Notes: generated by a model not told the origin, from the sequence alone. 64,000 nt of DNA from Eledone cirrhosa (GCA_964016885.1 OZ024751.1:5580001-5644000), one strand, 5' to 3'. Shown: positions 51,151-64,000, numbered from the stretch's first letter. Translations and numbers: made by a program.

Positions 51151-53393
51151 AAAATAGATCTATATGCAGTGGTAATCACTGCTAAAACATGAATCGCTTT
51201 CGTTAAAACATTATTAATATAACTGTTATTACCATAACTATTAGTAACTTATTAACTGAAAGGAAACATCATCGGTAATATGAGTGTCACTGCTTAATAC
51301 TTCTACACCAATTATCAACATCTATACATTGAAAGTAATCAACAAATTGTCACTTCTCTTCTATGTATAGTTAATGTAATATAACAAGGCGTTAGAAACA
51401 GCACAAAACATTATATGAATTCATAAAAAGATGATATATACCTAAGTGAATATATATTTACAATATATTGGGTAGGAAGAGAGTTCCGAGGATGTGTAGA
51501 GGAGGGGTGGAAAGACATTTAGAAAAAAGGGGGAAGGAGAACAAACAAAAATAAAAATAAACATAAAAGTAAACATAAAAATAAACAATAAAATGAACAA
51601 GAGGTGGGAGGGTGTGAGGCGTATAAAGGTGGTGGCGGGTGGAGTTGGGAGAGGGAGGCGAGGGGTCGAAGCGGGGAAGGCTGAAGGTGGTGTTTGTGTA
51701 TGTGTGTAGGTGTACATGTGTGTATGTGCGTGTGTATGTGAATGGGAGAGATATGGGAAGAACTAGGTTCCATGTTCAGGAAAAGGTGTGTGCGTGAGGT
51801 GGGGTGTAAGTCAGTGTGTGCGTTCGTGTCGAAGGAGAGGGGTCAGGGGGTGGGGAGGGGGCGTGTGGATTCCGGAGTCTGAGTGTGTATATGTGGGGGT
51901 ACGCACGTGTGTGTTTGTTTTTATACGTGGTGTGGATGTAGGTGGCGTGGTGCGAAAAGAATGTGAGTGTACGTTGAGTGAGCGAAGGGTGGCTGGAAAA
52001 AAATGTTCATGTTATGGAGTGGATGGCTGGAACGATGACCGGTGGTGTAGAATCCAATGTTGGTGGTGGTCGGAAGTGGAGGGAAGTGGGGTTACGCGTA
52101 ACAGGAAATGGTTAGAGGGTCAAGGTAGGGTGAAGAGATAGCAGTAGAGGAGTATTACAGGTGGAGATACGGTTAGTGTGGTGATGACTGTGTGTGTGTC
52201 TGTGTGTGCGGAGGTGTGTGCGGAGGTGCGGTGGACAGGGGATGGGATTGGTGGATGTAGAGGGTGGAGGGGGAAGGTGGTGATGTGGGGGGGATGGGGT
52301 GTATATTAGTAGAGGTGTTCGTTGGATGTGTGTGTGAAGGGGTGTAGGTGGTGCGGGGAGAGGGAGACTGAGGCAAAGAGAGAAGGAGAGAAGCGGTTTT
52401 ACGGACGGAGGAAGGAGTGTAGTGTTCTGGTGTGTGTGTGCGTGTGCGTGTTTGGATGAGTGTGTGTGTGGTAAAGGGGGTGTGAGTAGGTGTTAGTATT
52501 ACATGTGGTGGGAAAAGGGTTGAAAACGGGTGTATAAGTGGGGGTTAGTGGTGGTTGGGTGTGTGGAGTGGGTGGTGTACATAGGTGTGGGTGTGTGTGT
52601 GTGATGGTGCGTGGGGTCGGGGGGAGGTTAGTGATGTTAGTTGTCGGGTGGTCAGAATGGATGTGTGGGTGTGAGTTAGTGGTGGTAGTAGTGTGTGGAT
52701 AGTGTGAGTGCTTGTATATATGTTCAGGTAGGTGTGTGCGTGTTAGGGGAAGGGGTGGGGATGTCAGTATAGTTAGGTGGGGGAGGGCCGGTGGGTAGGG
52801 TGGGGGTGTCAGTATTGTTAGTTGTGGGATGGGCCCAGCGGGTGGGGGTATACATATAACATCTCAGGTAGGTCCTGTATACAATAGCGGCATATATGTA
52901 GATCAGTAAAATGTATGCGACTATAGAAAATATTAACAACTCCACCACCACCACCACAACCAACAGCAGCAGCACCACCACCACCGCCACCACCATCACC
53001 ACCAGCACCACCTCCACCACCACCACCACCACCACCACCAATAATAATAATGAAAAACAAAAAATGATTTATGAATGAAGAAACTTATTGATCTTCAAAA
53101 TTTTCACGTTACTTATTGTTTTATCATTGTATTAAAAAAAAACATTTAGTGCCTCCTCGAGTAATGGATCGTTAATCCTCCTCTGAGAACGCCGTCATCT
53201 GATTGTGAAATGAGTTTTTTTCCTCCTTGTTTGTCTTGGTTATTTGTCCGAACAAAATAATTCTTAGAAAATGTTTTCTGTTTAAAAGCATATATTGAAA
53301 AAAATAAGGACAAAAATAAAAATATATACATTAAGATTTATAATGTTATGTTCAATGTTCAATTACTGATCAATGTTTATACCATTGCTGCTG

Positions 53394-53456
<63 letters not shown>

Positions 53457-53719
53457 ATAATAATAATAATGTTTTCTTTATTAACCACAAGGGTTTACAT
53501 AAAGTAGACATTAAGGACAGTGCAGGACAATACAGGACGGTACAAATGGGCATTTCTGCGTGTAAAAAACAAAAATAGAGGATGTAACAAAAATAACAAT
53601 GAAAAATTCCCCAATAGGGGGGAGACTTCGGAGGGACATTTGTGGAGAAAGCCCAGTAAAAAGCCACAATGACCCTGACCACCAAGGCAAGTGCCCTCTC
53701 CCAGTTTTCCACCCTTAAT

Positions 53720-54340
53720 TTACAGATATATACTCAGAGTAGGCCCATTCACTCGGGCCATTCTTGCTTCTCTCACCCATCTTTCAACAAAATGCTGGGA
53801 AGAGAGCACTTCCCTCTCTACTCTGATTTTCCTTTTCAAATGAAATTTGAAAAATTCAATCAGAGCATCACCGAAGAAGTAAGTGCTCGTCTTCAGCCCT
53901 TTCAAACGTGTCCACCATACTATCTCTTTCGCCATGGCCACCAGACAGATAAAAAATCCCTGCCCTTCCCGGCTAAAAGAGGAGGGCGGGGCAATCCTCA
54001 CGATGGACTCAGATGATAGCCGGATCCGTCCTAAACGCGACAGCTGGTGTTCGACATAAACCCACAAGTCAGCAATTTTCGGACACTGGACGAGTGCGTG
54101 CAGGACGTTTTCGTCGCCCTGCGCGCATCTCGGACATGCCCGGCTGACGGCACCTCCATGCCTGTAGAGTTTATCCCGAACTGGCAAGGCTCCTCGGTAG
54201 CACTGCCAGGCCAGAGATTTCTGGAAGTTGTCCATAGGCCCTGGTCCGAAAGTTCTTCCGAAGAGATTGGCTAGTTGATTTTCGTCGACGCCTAGAGTTT
54301 CCCCAAGTACATCGTCGCTCTTCCCCTCCACTAATCCTCC
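53720..54340 (-). pseudogene. Frameshifted ORF2 C-terminus with CCHC zinc motif
   Basis: ALPVRDKL...CPRCAQGDENVLHALVQC. Confidence 0.85.
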
Positions 54341-57300
54341 GAGGTGGAGTTTCCACCGATCACATTGCCCGATTGGTCGAGGGCTGTGAGCGCCTGAAGA
54401 CATTCCAGTCTCCAGGCGCTCCCTCTCGGTCTTCGCTTGACCCAGGACTGCAGCTCCGTCAAGGAAACGAGCTGGGGAAATACGTGTCTACCAAACGGCG
54501 ACCACACCTGATCACCGTCGAGGATGAGGTGGAGATGTCGTAGCCTGAGCGCGTTCCAGCGCATCATCAGCCACGGCATGCCCAGCCCTCCACGTAGCGG
54601 GTGTTGACAACAGATGGACCGCCTGACCATCGGAGCGCGTCCCTTCCACAAAAAGCGAAAGAGCAAACGCTCCAGCGCAGTCAGGCGAGGCTTAGGACAA
54701 GGTACGACGGTCAGGAGGTAGTAGATGACGGACGCGATGTACGCGTTAGCCAGCTCCGCTCGACCTTTCAGGGATAGCTTCCTCTCCGCCCATTTCTGGG
54801 TGAGAGAAGCCACCCTGCTCGTAACCTCGTCCGAGTTTTTGTCCGTCTGGAGGTCCGGACCGAACCAGACCCCTAGCAATTTAACCGGTCCGTCCGTCCA
54901 GCGTCCGACGACGCTGTTGGACGGCATGGACCTGCCTCTCCAGGTGCCTAGCTGCAGGCCCACTGACTTTTCCTGGTTGATCATTGCTCCTGTCACCGCT
55001 TCGTATTCTCTTAGTGTAGTGCCGATCGCCTCGATGTGTTTGGCGTTCGACACCACTACGGTGACATCGTCCGCATATGCTGACACGGATCTTCCGCATC
55101 CTAGTTCGCGCGGGACGCCCCTCAACGTCTCCAGTTTGTGCAGTAATGGCTCGAGAGTCAATAAGTACAAGAGGGACGAGAGGGGACATCCTTGGCGGAC
55201 CGAGCGCATGATGTTGAACGGTTCCGACAGGTGACCGTTCACTCTCACCACAGAGCAGATGTTGCTGTGCATGGCAGCGATCCAGCCTCTGAAGACGGGC
55301 CCAAAGCCAGCCGCTCTCAGGACTGCCGCTAGGTAACGATGGTCGACCCTATCGAAAGCTTTCGACTGATCTAAATTGATCAAGGACCCACCCATGCTAG
55401 CTTCCCTAGCTACTCTATCTACGATGTATCGCATGAGGTGGAGGTTGTCGTGGATGGATCTGTCGGGAATGGCGCATGTCTGCGCCTCTCCCACCAGACC
55501 ACCAACGACAAGCGCCAACCTCTTTGCTAACACCTTGGCCAAAATCTTGAACTCTGTGTTTAGCAGAGTTATGGGCCGGAAATTATCTATGTTATCCCCC
55601 TTGTTCGGATCCTTTCTCAGCAGTGCCACCGCTCCTCGGCTCACAGAACTGGGAATTCTCCCGTTCTGTTGCCAGTTGCAGAAGACGTCCGCCAAGAGAC
55701 CTCCGAACAAGTCTGGCATCTGTACGTAAAGTTCATAGGGCAGACCATCCAAACCAGGCGATTTACCCCTTGTGCAGCCAGTCATTGCCTCCCTTACTTC
55801 AGCGGCTGTTATCGGCTTTTCGCAACACTTCGCCGCAGTGGCCGAGAGCCGCGGCAGTCCGTCGAGGTAGACACTAGAGTCCATCCCTCGACCCGGCCCA
55901 CCGCTGCCCCCGAACAGCTGAGCGAAATGTCGCTGAAAAGCTTCACACATTTGCCCGGGATCGAGTAGCATGCGCCCGTCGTGGTCCACCAAAGACCGGA
56001 TCGTGGCTTTGTTGCCACGACGCGCCTCCGCCACTCGGGCCCATTGAACGGCTTTCGTCCCCTCGTGTCTGAGAACACGCACCCTTGCTCTGACAACGCA
56101 GCCTTCGTGCTTTGCATTGAAGAATTGGTCAAGGGCCAATTTCGCCGCAAGCACGTCGGTCGCAATGCCTTTGCTAAGCGCCTCGTCTAATTTTCTAACT
56201 AGTTCTCCCTCTGCTCTATTTTTCTCTATTGCTAAAGCTTTACTAAACCTAATCGATTCTATTCTAATCGCTCTTTTCAGAGCAAACCACCACTTGTTGT
56301 TGACGATGGCCCCCGCCAACGCCCGCTTAACTAGTTCGCTAATCCGGTCTCTGTAGGCCTTGCGCGCTGGTAAGGACACGTTTAGCTTCCAGTAGCCGGG
56401 TCCTCGTCTATGAAGCCTGTCTAAGTCAAGCACACAGATCACGAATTTGTGGTCCGTGTAGCTGACTATCTTGAATTGTGGACAGCCTATGCTAGACCTA
56501 TCTATTTCCCTACAAAATACTCTATCTAGATATGATCTGGATGACCCGATGCGATTTGTCCAAGTCCACACTGGCACATTCGGGAAATCCAATCGGTACC
56601 TGTCAGACAGTTCAAAACGCCTGAGCAGGTTGGTGAGGCTCTTGCACCCTCCAACCCTATCCGCTAATCCCACACAGTCCCAGCGTGCATCTAAGATCCC
56701 GTTCCAGTCGCCCACTAACACTAAAGAGCGGGACGTTCCAAGAAAGATCTCCAGACGCCGGAGGAAATCATGCCGCCCTGCTCCTGTCGGGGCATAGACG
56801 GCCACTAGCCTGAAAGCTTGCCCGTCTCCGCTGGTCACGTCCAGCACCACCAGCTTACTCTCTGGGTCCAGGAAGATGGCCCGTATGGCGAGATCCAAAC
56901 CTCTCCGAAAAAGCACAGCAACTCCGCCCCCCGATCCAGGACGGCTGGGAGATGCGTACACATCGTAGCCGCCGAAGATCGGTGCGAAGGCCCGTGCTTC
57001 GGAGATTCTGGTCTCGCTGAAGGCCACTACATCTATGTTTAGTGACCTGATGTCGTTGAGCAGGTGACCCTGCTTCCATGACGACGCCAAGCCACGCGCA
57101 TTTATGCTGCCTATTCTGAGTGAGGTCATGTTTAAAATAGAGTGGAAAAGATGGGAAAGACCACTTACCGTACTTTTGACCCTCACAATTTTTTGCCCGC
57201 AGTAGCAGGGCACCAGCACCATTTCCTCGCTTCTTAGGGTCACTACGGATTGAGCCTTTGCCTCCTGGGGTGTGGCAAAAAGTACGTCTACGGTGGCATA

Positions 57301-58089
57301 TTTCTTGCCTCGGGTGATGTGCGTTTTCCGCTGCCACACAGACCCCAAGGCTTTTTGTATTTGAGCCTCTGTGGCTCTTTCCACCCTACTGGATTTTGTA
57401 CTTACTGTACGGTACGTGACCGTACAGTGCTGTTGGGTTTCGAAACATTTTTCCGCTGCCTTGCAGATTGCTCGGTGTCCGGTTTTTGTCACCATCTTCT
57501 TCGCTTCCTCTAATTCCTCATTTGTTATGAGGATTGTTTCCAAGTTCTTCGCGATACCTGCAAACGAGATTGGTTTTTCTTTGCTGTTGTTGTTGTTGTT
57601 GTCGTCAGAGCTGCTGTTACTTTTGTTGTTGCTGCAGGTACTACGATTACTGCCGCCGCCGCTGTTGCTGTGGTTGTTGTTGTTGTTGCTGCTGCTAATG
57701 CTGTTGTTGTTTATGCTGCTGCTGATGCTGTTGCGGCTGCTACTGTTGTTTTCATTGTCACTGTTACTGTTGTTATTACGGCTGCTACTGCTATTATTCC
57801 TGACGTCAGACGAATGAAATGGGTTTTCGTATTTCTCGCACACCTGTTTCGTCGTTCTCGTCGTCGTCGTGGAGAAATCTTGCACGCTTTGCACGAGACT
57901 TTTCTTTTCTTTCGTCGCTTGCGAAAGAGAAGGGAGGGAGAGAGACACATTTAAAGAAGGGAGGGAGAGAGACAATCTTCTCTCTGCTGTAGTGATGATT
58001 GAAGAAGTAGAAGACGGAATGAGTGGGAGTGACCTATGAAAATTCTTTTTCGTAGCCATGTTTTTTTGTTTAAAATAAATATTGGGCAC
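54331..58089 (-). CDS. ORF1 N-terminus fused in frame to APE-RT ORF2 (native ORF2 start probably 57129)
   Basis: SINARGL, FSET, VYAP, GDWN, YLDR, TDH (APE); KSPGLDG, FRPITLLN, LDQSKAFDRV, QGCPLS, YADD (RT). Confidence 0.9.
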   Translation of the reverse strand: MPNIYFKQKNMATKKNFHRSLPLIPSSTSSIITTAERRLSLSLPSLNVSLSLPSLSQATKEKKSLVQSVQDFSTTTTRTTKQVCEKYENPFHSSDVRNNSSSSRNNNSNSDNENNSSSRNSISSSINNNSISSSNNNNNHSNSGGGSNRSTCSNNKSNSSSDDNNNNNSKEKPISFAGIAKNLETILITNEELEEAKKMVTKTGHRAICKAAEKCFETQQHCTVTYRTVSTKSSRVERATEAQIQKALGSVWQRKTHITRGKKYATVDVLFATPQEAKAQSVVTLRSEEMVLVPCYCGQKIVRVKSTVSGLSHLFHSILNMTSLRIGSINARGLASSWKQGHLLNDIRSLNIDVVAFSETRISEARAFAPIFGGYDVYASPSRPGSGGGVAVLFRRGLDLAIRAIFLDPESKLVVLDVTSGDGQAFRLVAVYAPTGAGRHDFLRRLEIFLGTSRSLVLVGDWNGILDARWDCVGLADRVGGCKSLTNLLRRFELSDRYRLDFPNVPVWTWTNRIGSSRSYLDRVFCREIDRSSIGCPQFKIVSYTDHKFVICVLDLDRLHRRGPGYWKLNVSLPARKAYRDRISELVKRALAGAIVNNKWWFALKRAIRIESIRFSKALAIEKNRAEGELVRKLDEALSKGIATDVLAAKLALDQFFNAKHEGCVVRARVRVLRHEGTKAVQWARVAEARRGNKATIRSLVDHDGRMLLDPGQMCEAFQRHFAQLFGGSGGPGRGMDSSVYLDGLPRLSATAAKCCEKPITAAEVREAMTGCTRGKSPGLDGLPYELYVQMPDLFGGLLADVFCNWQQNGRIPSSVSRGAVALLRKDPNKGDNIDNFRPITLLNTEFKILAKVLAKRLALVVGGLVGEAQTCAIPDRSIHDNLHLMRYIVDRVAREASMGGSLINLDQSKAFDRVDHRYLAAVLRAAGFGPVFRGWIAAMHSNICSVVRVNGHLSEPFNIMRSVRQGCPLSSLLYLLTLEPLLHKLETLRGVPRELGCGRSVSAYADDVTVVVSNAKHIEAIGTTLREYEAVTGAMINQEKSVGLQLGTWRGRSMPSNSVVGRWTDGPVKLLGVWFGPDLQTDKNSDEVTSRVASLTQKWAERKLSLKGRAELANAYIASVIYYLLTVVPCPKPRLTALERLLFRFLWKGRAPMVRRSICCQHPLRGGLGMPWLMMRWNALRLRHLHLILDGDQVWSPFGRHVFPQLVSLTELQSWVKRRPRGSAWRLECLQALTALDQSGNVIGGNSTSED

Positions 58090-58369
58090 AAAACCCCAAT
58101 AAGCAGTTATTTAACCCCGAAGGGCCAAATAACGGGCAGAAAGACCCCTCTCACGAGGAGGAGGGTGTTTTTGTCTACAAGTTGGTTAAAGTTTTAAAAA
58201 ATTTACAATTGTTATAGCGTTCAAAATTTACAATACCTTACAGAGCCGAGCCTCTGTCAACCATAGCATTCAATAATAATAATAATAATAATAATATATG
58301 TATCTTTAGTTCTGTGACAATCATAAATTGTGTTTGTAATTAGTAAACATTAGTAAGTGGAAAATGAAG

Positions 58370-58419
<50 letters not shown>

Positions 58420-58597
58420 CACATACATATATACACACACATATATATATATACATGGATACATGCACACATACATACACACATACATACATACATACAT
58501 ACATATATACACACATATTACATACATACACACATATATACATAAATACATACATACACACATACAACATACATACAACCTAATACATACATACATA

Positions 58598-59117
58598 CAT
58601 GATGGCTGGAAACACTGCTTAGAGTATTGCAATCGCTTGTCAGATTATAGAGTTTGGTCCACCTTTAGGCTACGGGCAGCCACACAAAAGTGTAACATAT
58701 CTTATCAAGCAATGCCTGCGCTTTAAATGTTTTTTAAGTGGGTAAAGGCCTTGCACTCGACCAATCCCACTCTCTGACCATCGAAACACTACCCAAAAAG
58801 GAATACTGGTCAACATCATTGGATGCTTCCGAAGCCGCAGGTTTTTTTTTTCAGAGTTTCCCTCTCTTAGAAAGGTGTTGTAACACCAACAGGGGCCTTT
58901 CACTCTCAGATGAAAAAAATAAAAGTACTATTTGGATGACCGTTGACTCTGCTGAGTTCCTCCGCCCTTCACGAGGCCTTGTATTTCATCCCGCAGGGTG
59001 TCCAAATATCACCCTCGTCACCAAGCTAGCTTGGTGGGGTTGCCGATTTAGTCGCCGACGACCCGACCATGGGACAGGTTGTACTGGGTTACCAGTAACA
59101 CTCGGGAGTGACCTGAC
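58598..59117 (-). mobile_element. Short non-autonomous RTE-derived element in (CATA)n
   Basis: 5' leader homologous to 63730-63992; 3' end CAGCCATCAT resembles the RTE tail at 35305. Confidence 0.6.
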
Positions 59118-59175
59118 ATACATACACACACACATACATACATACAACCTAATACATACAAACACACATACATAC

Positions 59176-59930
59176 AAGTTTATGACATCCCACCTTGAAG
59201 GATATCTCTATGCAATACAGGAACAAGACCTCCCTACTAAATATCTGCTACACAAAAGAGGAGGGCCATCAGACGACAATAAATGTAGGCTATGTAAAAC
59301 AAAGATCTAAGATGTTAGCCCCATTGTTTCAAACTGTGAAAGAATGTCCTCTCGTTACTACCTCGTTATGAGAGACGATGTGGTAGCTAGAACCATCTGG
59401 AGCTCTCTTAGGAAAACAAAATTAAAAACAAATGAGGAGGAATATGTTGAGATAGATGGCACTAAAGAATACTGGTGGAACCTGAAAATAAAAACTGCCA
59501 CCAAATTAAAGCACAACCGGCCGGATATTGTTATTTGGGACCACACATTGAACATGTGCTCTGTTGTAGAGATCAGCTGCCCACTTGATGTCAACATTGT
59601 AAGAAAAATACAAGAGGAGCCATCTACGGGCCACTGTTGCGGAGTTTGCAGATCCAGTATCCAAGATACACTTTCAGCTTCATACCCATCATTATTGGAG
59701 CTACAGTCTATATACAGACCTGCTTGAACCAGAGTTTAACTGAACTTGGGTTTGTGGACAAAGAGCGCAGCCCCCTATTTCACAGAGTACAAATGGCTGC
59801 GATAGCTGGCACCTTCAAAATTTGCAAAACATTCTTGCGATTCAAGGGATAACAATTTCTTTTCTTTTAGAACCTTGCTACCAAGAAGGTAGCCGGTCAA
59901 AAATGTACTCGAAATTAAGAGAAATAGAGA
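59176..59930 (+). mobile_element. 5'-truncated copy of the Dong/R4-like element
   Basis: EGYLYAIQEQ..CRLC..RPDIVIWD..FLRFKG; inverted homologue of 13485-14240; flanked by (CATA)n. Confidence 0.9.
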
Positions 59931-60261
59931 TATACACACATACATACATACAACATACATACGCGCACACATACAACATACATACACACATACAGCATAC
60001 ATACTATATACATACATACGAACACATATCTACATAAATACATACACACATACTTACATACATACATGAATACATACATACAAACAACCTAATACATACA
60101 CAACATATATACATATACACATGCATACACCATACATACACACATAAGTAGAAAGTGGAGTAAAGTAAATACGAAGGAGTTTGTATACTTAGCAGCAGCA
60201 GCAGGAAACAATGGTCCCTTTGTTCTGGACATGAGCTGTGTTCGTTGACATAGCAGTACAT

Positions 60262-60710
60262 ACATGGCTTAGTGGTTAGAGAATTTGGCTTGAAATCAGG
60301 CTGTGGTGTGTTCGATTCTCGGACCGGGTGATGCGTTATGTCCTTGAGCAAGATACTTTATTTCACGTTGCTCCACTTTACTCAGCTGTTGAAATTAGTT
60401 GCAACGTCACTGATACCAAGTTGTATCAGCCATTGCCTTTCCCCTGGACACCATCATATATAGTGTATATATAGAGTATTGAGTGTATATATAGAGTATA
60501 TAGCGTATATATACAGTTGCAACGTCTCTGGTGTGAAACTGTGTCGGCCATTGTCTTTCCCTTTAACATCATCCTGTGGCGTGGAGGGGGAAGACCGGTG
60601 TGTAGGTGCCACTGCTGGTTTTCCACAACCAGCCTTGCCCCGACTTGTGCCTCAGAGGAGAACATTCTAGGAGCAAATCTCACGGTCAGTCTGACTGAAA
60701 GGAGTCCTTA
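60262..60710 (+). mobile_element. tRNA-derived CORE-like SINE (OR-like)
   Basis: TGGCTTAGTGG A-box, GTTCGATTC B-box, GTCCTTGAGCAAGATACTTTATTTCAC core; 3' limit uncertain. Confidence 0.65.
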
Positions 60711-60939
60711 CACTTACATACATATATACACACAAACAACACACATAGGTGGAAAGTGAAATGAAGTAAATACGAAGGAGTTTGTATATGTCTCGATTGA
60801 TATTGCATTTAGTAGTTATCTTCCCTGAATGGCAAATAGTTAAGAAGATGGTTTCATAAGACTTAGGTCTCAAGTTCGATCTCACTGCATGGCATCCTAT
60901 GTTCGAGTGCTTCCTGAAATGTTCAGAGGCTGACTATGA

Positions 60940-61438
60940 AGGAGTGATGTTAGAGTTGTGAAATCTTGCATGCATTAATTTCAAATCTTCTTATTAATAA
61001 CTGCATTGTTTCTTTTTGGGACTATGTTGAAAAATAAACCTCATTTGGTCATTCCATGAGTGTATTTTGGTCAGCCTATAAAGGTTTGATGCTAAGGCTG
61101 TGAAATCTTGCAGGCATTAATTTCAACTCTTCGTATTAATTACTGTATTGTTTCCTTCTAGGGATTATGCTGAAAAAAAAACCTCATTTGGTAATTCCAT
61201 GAGAGTATCTTGGTCAACCTAATCTTGGCCATGGGCTGAATATGAGGGAGTGATGTTAGTGTCGTGAAATCATGTATGTTTTAATTTCAACTATTCTTAT
61301 TAATAACTACATTGTTTTTCCCCAGGGCTACGTCGAAAAATACATCTCATTTGAGAGTACTTTGGTCAGCTTATGAAGGATTGATGCTATACTGTGAAAT
61401 CTTGCATGCATTAATTTCAACTCTTCTTATTAATAACT
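60940..61438 (+). repeat. Degenerate tandem repeat of about 130-165 bp (about 3.4 copies)
   Basis: GTGAAATCTTGCATGCATTAATTTCAA-like motif near 60958, 61100, 61264 and 61394. Confidence 0.75.
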
Positions 61439-61489
61439 TATATACATAAATACATATATACATACATACATACATAAACACACACACAT

Positions 61490-61538
<49 letters not shown>

Positions 61539-62915
61539 TATATATATATATGTGTGTGTGTTTAATGGTAGCTATGATGCTTCCCTAGGCGGTATGCCAG
61601 TTGAGCACTCTATGTTCTTACAGAGCAGAGTGTGATGAAAAAACGAAAATGCATCTAGATGCATCTGATGCATCTAGACTCAGTTCATTGCGTGTTACAA
61701 TTGTTTCGCCGTCAGATAGCTCGAGACATGATCATTGTCTGGATCTGCCTGATTCTATAACTGCAGGTTCTTCGGACACATGCAATGCTTTTGGAGCAAA
61801 TTTTCTCACTGGGTGTTAGCTTCAAAAACACCTTCAAAAAACATCTTCCACTCTTGTCTTGCCATTGGCTGTTGTTTATCTACGTCATCATAAATTCTGG
61901 TCAATATTTGCTGCCACACTGGTCATCAGTTACTCTCCGTCCGACACACTTCAATGGACTCATGCTGGGTTTGGTATCTCACAAGTCCGCTCACACTCAC
62001 AAATATATACCCACACATACACACACACATATAAATACACATACACATACAACACACGCAGATACATACATATATATGCGTACACATATGTACGCACACA
62101 TGTGTAGACATACACATCCATATACATATACACACACACACTCCCTCTCTTACACATACCCACACAGCCCACAACATTATACACACCAATACACACGTCC
62201 ACTGGCACCTGCCTATATCCCCCATACACCGGGTCTCACACGCACGCACACGCGCACACACGCACGCACACACACACGTACACGCATACAAAGACACATA
62301 TCAGCGTTCGCGTACATCTGCACATATACACAAACACGCACAGAAATATACATAGACACACACACGCACATATACACGCCTTTCCTTATTGATAGGTACA
62401 AGGACAGACACACTTCCAAAGACACAAACACACATACACACATACATACAGACATGTATATATATCTACACATATGTATATGTACACGCACATAAACATA
62501 CAAACAAACCCTGCACTTTGTAGGTGCACATACACACACATACACCCCCCCCCCAGACACACACAGACACACACACACACTCACTGGCTCATATACATTC
62601 CTACAAATACGCGCCCAATTACCTCCGTATCCACGTACATCCACAAAGAAGATACACGCACGCAGGTATATATATCTGTCCGTACCCCAATGTGATATAC
62701 TCAGTCATATAAATCTGCACAAAACGTCATACAGGGTCATCCATGGAAGGATGCATCCTGTTATACATGCACACATATAAACCATGTAACCATACACATA
62801 TATCCATACATATACATGCAGGCATACATACACACATATAAATAATTAAATAAGTAAGCAAATAGAAAAATAGAAAAAAAAATATAACAAAAAAAAATAA
62901 AATAAAAGATAAGTG

Positions 62916-63059
<144 letters not shown>

Positions 63060-63382
63060 TACATATACATAACACACACATACATACACACACACACACA
63101 TACCCATAACATACATACACACCTGTACACACGCACACATACGCACCCACATATAAACGTACATACACACATACATACACATCTATAAAAAAAGCCTACA
63201 ATATATAAATATGCATTTAACGTCATACCTTAAAAGAAGTAACTTGTATTACACATGCACGGATATAAACTTTATAATCATATACATGCATCCATACACA
63301 TTCACGTACCATATATATATATATATGTGTATATACACACACATATATACACATATACACACACACATACACATATATAGAT

Positions 63383-63992
63383 ATGGTGGCTGCCAATTCG
63401 TTTTCGAGTACGGCCACTACTTTATATCCATGTAGGAGAACCCCTACTGATGCGCTGAACGAGTGTGACTTTTTAGTTCAGCCAGCGTATTGAAAACTCT
63501 GGTACAAACACTACACTTGTGACAATTATTGACACATAGTGCTGGGCCCATGGTAACATGTGAGGACAAGTGCAGAGAGATCTCCAGATATAAAGCAATG
63601 CCTGTGTCGTGAAGCTTTTATAGTGAGCAAAGGCACTGCACAAAGCCAGTCCCACTCTCTTAACCAAGATGATATTTACCAACAAGAAGAACAAGTCAAC
63701 ATCATTGGATACCATCAGGGTTGCAGGTGTTATATCAGAGTTTTCCTTCTCCTAGAATTCTGCCTTGACAAAGGCTAAGGGGTCATCTCTCCCGGTGATT
63801 TTGGATGGCCATTGACTCTTAAGAGCTCCTTTGCCCTTTGACAGGTTTTGTTTTTAGAGTTGCAGGATGTCCAAAGTCACCCTCCTCACCAAGAAACCTT
63901 GGTGGGGTTGCCAGTTTAGTCGCCAACGTCCCAAACATGAGACAGGTTGTACTGGGATACATGTTACCAGTAGCACCAACTGGTGACCTGAC
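63383..63992 (-). mobile_element. Short internally deleted RTE element (5' leader plus zinc-finger 3' end)
   Basis: Reverse strand encodes CSVCTRVFNTLAELKSHTRSAH*; tail GGCCGTACTCGAAAACGA..GGCAGCCACCAT matches 35305-35340. Confidence 0.7.
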
Positions 63993-64000
63993 ACACATAT

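Larger units (their letters stand above)
53471..58271 (-). mobile_element. Young L1/Tx1-like LINE inserted in (TAA)n
   Basis: APE endonuclease, RT and CCHC; GC-richer than flanks; (AAT)n on both sides (53456-53470 and 58272-58295). Confidence 0.92.

Noticed and set aside
54725-57513. Antisense and overlapping ORFs within the Tx1-like element
   Set aside because: Expected shadow ORFs of a GC-rich coding strand.
61600-61990. Possible host exon or transposase remnant
   Set aside because: Stops in the frames examined, no diagnostic motif and no clear splice context.

Overview
AT-rich, microsatellite-saturated eukaryotic DNA with no recognisable host gene. The SINEs resemble octopus OK/OR-type elements from memory, so a cephalopod origin is inferred but not proven. 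The window is a mosaic of retroelements: Penelope-like elements (PLEs) of Naiad-like, Neptune-like and Hydra-like type, a Dong/R4-like RLE LINE (two copies), a young L1/Tx1-like LINE with an ORF1-ORF2 fusion, RTE fragments and short RTE derivatives, tRNA-type SINEs and a 5S-headed SINE. The main signal not shown in the ORF track is about ten unrelated families of small, mostly non-coding elements, sitting in (TA)n tracts and carrying type I hammerhead ribozyme (HHR) motifs. They occur as partial-tandem (retrozyme-like) units or as fold-back units with a 3' tail. Highlights are a 591-bp tandem unit whose HHR has a compensatory U3-A8 core, HHRs with very long stem II inserts, palindromes whose symmetry axis is HHR stem II, and a telomerase-like reiterated 14-mer at a PLE inversion junction. 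All ribozyme folds were paired by eye, coordinates are approximate, and clade names rest on recalled motifs rather than searches.
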